NCBI GenBank assembly: GCA_902632595.1
Contig: CACPDC010000007.1
Coordinates: 3,176-67,175 of the forward strand
Direction: 5' to 3'
Source: an uncultured SAR116 cluster alpha proteobacterium
GTDB lineage: Bacteria > Pseudomonadota > Alphaproteobacteria > Puniceispirillales > Puniceispirillaceae
Length of the DNA: 64,000 nucleotides
Shown in pieces: positions 60,884 through 64,000 of this stretch. Every line of letters starts with the position of its first letter. The stretch's first letter is position 1. The notes below the pieces were generated by a model. That model was not told where the DNA came from. It was given only the letters and a program-made list of their open reading frames with translations, and searched no databases. The position numbers and the translations under genes are program-made.

Positions 60884-61465
60884 ATGACTGAAGATAGGTT
60901 GATATTAGCGTCTACCTCTCCAAGAAGACTGCAATTACTTAAGCAAATTGGTGTGGAACCCACGTCTGTCTTGGGAGCAGATATAGATGAAATACCCTTA
61001 AAAACAGAAAAGCCTTATGAATTCGCAAAACGTATGGCCTTTGCGAAAGCCACTAAAATATCCAATTCAAACAAAGATAAATATATACTTGCGGCAGATA
61101 CTGTAGTTGCTATAGGCAGACTTATACTTCCTAAAGCTAAAATGGAAGAAGAGGTTAGAAGATCTTTGACCCTCTTAGGGGGAAGAAATCATCGTGTTTA
61201 TGGAGGGATTTGCTTGATACAGCCAGGAGGAAAAGCTTTCCAAAGGCTAGTTGAAACAAGGGTATTTATGCGCAGATTATCAAGTGATGAAGTTTCAAAT
61301 TACGTTTCTTCTGGCGAATGGGAAGGAAAAGCGGGATCATATGCGATACAGGGAAAAGGTGCGCAATATATAAAGAAGATCTCTGGATCCTACACAAATG
61401 TCGTAGGTCTTGACTTATATACAACATCGAAACTCTTGAAAGGGTGTGGATTAATTTTCAGATAA
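60884..61465 (+). CDS. maf: Maf family nucleoside triphosphate pyrophosphatase
   Basis: LILASTSPRRLQLL, AADTVV, GKAGSYAIQG motifs, 193 aa. Confidence 0.87.
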   Translation: MTEDRLILASTSPRRLQLLKQIGVEPTSVLGADIDEIPLKTEKPYEFAKRMAFAKATKISNSNKDKYILAADTVVAIGRLILPKAKMEEEVRRSLTLLGGRNHRVYGGICLIQPGGKAFQRLVETRVFMRRLSSDEVSNYVSSGEWEGKAGSYAIQGKGAQYIKKISGSYTNVVGLDLYTTSKLLKGCGLIFR

Positions 61466-61469
61466 ACAA

Positions 61470-62552
61470 ATGGACAAATTTCAAGAACAACACGTTTCGA
61501 CAGAAATAATGACTGATGACAATTCTTTTCCAAGTAAAGTCGCGATATTCCAAAATAATAATATAGTTGAATTCATATGTGAATTAGGGCCCAATATTCC
61601 CGCAATTGGTTCAGTACATGTGGCAAAAATATGCCAAGTTTTTACGCAACACAGACTTGCAACTGCAGAGCTTGAGAATGGGATTCTGATAAGTATTCGA
61701 CTTTCAAAAAAAAAATTACGCTCTGGGGACCTAGTAATCGTAACGATCACCACTGAGCCGTGGCATGAAAAACCGCCTAGAGCGGTATTAGGTGCTCAGC
61801 TTTCTGGAAGATATATAATTTTGTTACCGGATAATCCGGAAATTAATCGGGTAAGTAAACGAAGCATATCAAAAGATGAATCTGCCCAATCTTTAAAAAA
61901 GGATATTTCAGACCAAGTACCAGAAAGCTTTGGGTTCATTTTACGCCGGCAGGCACTAAAAACTGAAAAAAAGCTTATAAAGAATGAAATAAAAATTCTC
62001 CTTTCAGATTGGAGAAAAAATGCTGATTTTCCTATAAAGTTAAATGTAATTTCTAAACCTAAAAAATTATATTCTGGGATTTCTCTGAATAAGAGAGCAC
62101 AAATAATAGCTCCATCGGCACCATTCAGGATTAAACCACATCTCTCTGATTGGCATACTGTTTTTGAACAGCTTGATGAAGCATGTGACAACAAATTTAT
62201 AACAAAACAACAAGTCGTATGTTGGTTTCAATCAACAAGGGGATTAACAGCTATTGATATTGACTCTGCAGGCTCAAAAATGGCGCCAATCGAGTTATCT
62301 GCGCATATTTCAAAAGTTGTGATGAAGCAAATAAGACTTCGTCAAATTTCGGGGGTGGTTTGTGTAGACATACCCCGAACTTCAAAATCGGATAGGATCA
62401 AATTCCAACAATCTTGTCAAGACCACGCTTTGTATGATATTCGTCACCCAGACATTCATGGAATTGGGCCGGCAGGCTTGCTCGAAATGACGGTAAGTCA
62501 TAGGCACATGCCTCTGGTAGATAGAATGACAATATTAAAGTCCATAATGTAA
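61470..62552 (+). CDS. rng: short RNase E/G family ribonuclease
   Basis: GSVHVAKI (S1-like), LTAIDIDSAG and GVVCVDIP catalytic-core segments. Position after maf, as I recall it in alphaproteobacteria. Confidence 0.65.
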   Translation: MDKFQEQHVSTEIMTDDNSFPSKVAIFQNNNIVEFICELGPNIPAIGSVHVAKICQVFTQHRLATAELENGILISIRLSKKKLRSGDLVIVTITTEPWHEKPPRAVLGAQLSGRYIILLPDNPEINRVSKRSISKDESAQSLKKDISDQVPESFGFILRRQALKTEKKLIKNEIKILLSDWRKNADFPIKLNVISKPKKLYSGISLNKRAQIIAPSAPFRIKPHLSDWHTVFEQLDEACDNKFITKQQVVCWFQSTRGLTAIDIDSAGSKMAPIELSAHISKVVMKQIRLRQISGVVCVDIPRTSKSDRIKFQQSCQDHALYDIRHPDIHGIGPAGLLEMTVSHRHMPLVDRMTILKSIM

Positions 62553-62567
62553 AACGGTTTTTTGAAT

Positions 62568-62795
62568 ATGAGCGCAAAAATAACATCCCTTGAAACTAAA
62601 AGCACGAAAACGATAAAATGCCCAATCTGTCTAGAGAATTCAATTTATCCTCATTCACCATTCTGTTCTCGAAGGTGTTCTCAACTCGACTTAGGAAGAT
62701 GGCTGAATGAAGCCTATGTTATTTCGGCACCAGAGGTAAATGAGGAAACAGATTTAGATGGTCTAATCTTAATCGCAGATGAAGACTTGGCGTAG
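62568..62795 (+). CDS. yacG: DNA gyrase inhibitor YacG (zinc ribbon)
   Basis: CPICLENS..PFCSRRCSQLDLGRWLNEAY four-Cys zinc ribbon plus conserved Trp. Confidence 0.78.
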   Translation: MSAKITSLETKSTKTIKCPICLENSIYPHSPFCSRRCSQLDLGRWLNEAYVISAPEVNEETDLDGLILIADEDLA

Positions 62796-62907
62796 AGATG
62801 AAGCGATATCAAAAAATAAGGATGTGTTAACGGTTTCCGACTAGACAATAGATTAAGTGCTTATTATAAACACGCTATCATGCTTAATCTATTTAAAGAT
62901 AATTTAA

Positions 62908-62983
<76 letters not shown>

Positions 62984-63040
62984 CTTTCTTAAAAGCAAAG
63001 ATTAGGTTTTATGCCTGTCACACCATGTTTCAACATGTGT

Positions 63041-63367
63041 TTAGATTCGCATAAAAATGCAGCATTTAAATGTGATTCCGCGTGGGCAATACTTCTTTGT
63101 GATATATTTTTGAACTCTATTTATGGTTAAATGTTTTACACTGGAGCCGCATTCAAAACATTTATATCCATGAAAATTATAGGGCGGATAAAATGCACGA
63201 CTTTTGTCATCAAGCATCCATAACTTATTGCAACTGCATATCCCAAATCGGCTTTCTGAAATTTTGAGAGGATTACGGTACTTTATATCAGGTAAATAAT
63301 TTTTGTTTATAGCTGATATTCTAAACTTTGGCTTCATTCGTTTTCTTAATCCGGTCTTGAAAAACAC
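63041..63367 (-). CDS. hypothetical Cys-rich basic protein
   Basis: ORF only: GICSCNKLW..HGYKCFECGS..KCC. No family recognised. GTG start; an internal ATG at 63337 is possible. Confidence 0.3.
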   Translation of the reverse strand: MFFKTGLRKRMKPKFRISAINKNYLPDIKYRNPLKISESRFGICSCNKLWMLDDKSRAFYPPYNFHGYKCFECGSSVKHLTINRVQKYITKKYCPRGITFKCCIFMRI

Positions 63368-63565
63368 ATAAAATTAAAATGATTTAATGAGGTTTGGCCA
63401 AATAGATTGTTCTATACAACTCTCATTAGGCTTAAATTTATCACTAGCTCTAAATTCCACCCCTAACGAAACCATATTCTTCTAACTTTGCCAATCCATC
63501 AACCCTGCAAGGTCCGTGGTCACAGGTCCACGGTACATGGACCCCGTTATCAAGTAAAAAGAGTT

Positions 63566-63901
63566 TTAGTTTACCGCTTTTAGCTTCCCACGCCAACTTA
63601 ATGATTGTTGATTTAGTTGGTTTAGGTTTGCCTTACCATTTATAATGTCTTCGCAAAGCTCAACCGCAAGTTTTGCTTGTTCATTTGTGAGATTCCTGTA
63701 AGCAGGGCGTTTCAGATGCTCATACCAAACACCCCCACATATCGTATCTAATACAATTCGCTGAAAACAGTGGTCTTCATAGACTGGCCAATCAAGACTC
63801 CTCTTTTTAGCTAACGATGGAAGCACCTCTTTTGTGAGGTGTATGTAGACCTGGATTATGTCTGGCGGTTCTTTTATTTCTTCGCTCATCACAGTGGCCA
63901 T
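63566..63901 (-). CDS. conserved hypothetical protein
   Basis: 111-aa ORF with WPVYEDHCFQRIVLDTICGGVWYEHL. I recall this segment from uncharacterised bacterial proteins but cannot name a family. Confidence 0.4.
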   Translation of the reverse strand: MATVMSEEIKEPPDIIQVYIHLTKEVLPSLAKKRSLDWPVYEDHCFQRIVLDTICGGVWYEHLKRPAYRNLTNEQAKLAVELCEDIINGKANLNQLNQQSLSWRGKLKAVN

Positions 63902-64000
63902 TTAAAGGTATGTTTTTTATGTCCATACGTAGTTTTTAAATGTTGGGCATCAAGGAAAATGACAAAAGTTTTGAGATAAACAACTTTTATGTCATATACT

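Overview
AT-rich, densely packed bacterial chromosome segment. Gene content and synteny look alphaproteobacterial: the ChrR/sigma-E pair, DUF1244-GapR(DUF2312)-pyrF, rpsU divergent from COQ9, DUF1013/TrcR, and murA-DUF2948-hisG-UPF0262-LMW phosphatase-infA-maf-rng-yacG-tRNA-Phe. I call about 70 protein genes, mostly housekeeping (argG, sodB, rlmN, fbp, fba, trxB, pyrF, fhs, pntAB, purEK, metA, murA, hisG, infA, rpsU). I also call three tRNAs, Arg-CCT, Thr-GGT and Phe-GAA, and one clean intrinsic terminator. I saw no rRNA, CRISPR array, transposase, integrase or recognisable defence system. The most unusual item is a full-length Campylobacter-type N-oligosaccharyltransferase (PglB/STT3) homologue at 28047-30149. 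It carries all catalytic signatures but has no pgl cluster around it. Second is the GapR-like (DUF2312) nucleoid protein gene, split by a 1-nt frameshift inside an A8 run (A_AAA_AAA_G); a -1 slip there restores a complete protein. Other points: a ChrR anti-sigma factor lacking the zinc-binding HxxxCxxC ligands; an agmatine/polyamine catabolic cluster with two glutamine-synthetase-like paralogues; an orphan TupA-like binding protein; an acyl-CoA synthetase with an acidic, non-canonical P-loop; a minimal 122-aa SET-domain protein; and an unannotated 48-aa basic ORF overlapping the murA start. All assignments come from reading the translations and recalling family motifs. No database search was run.
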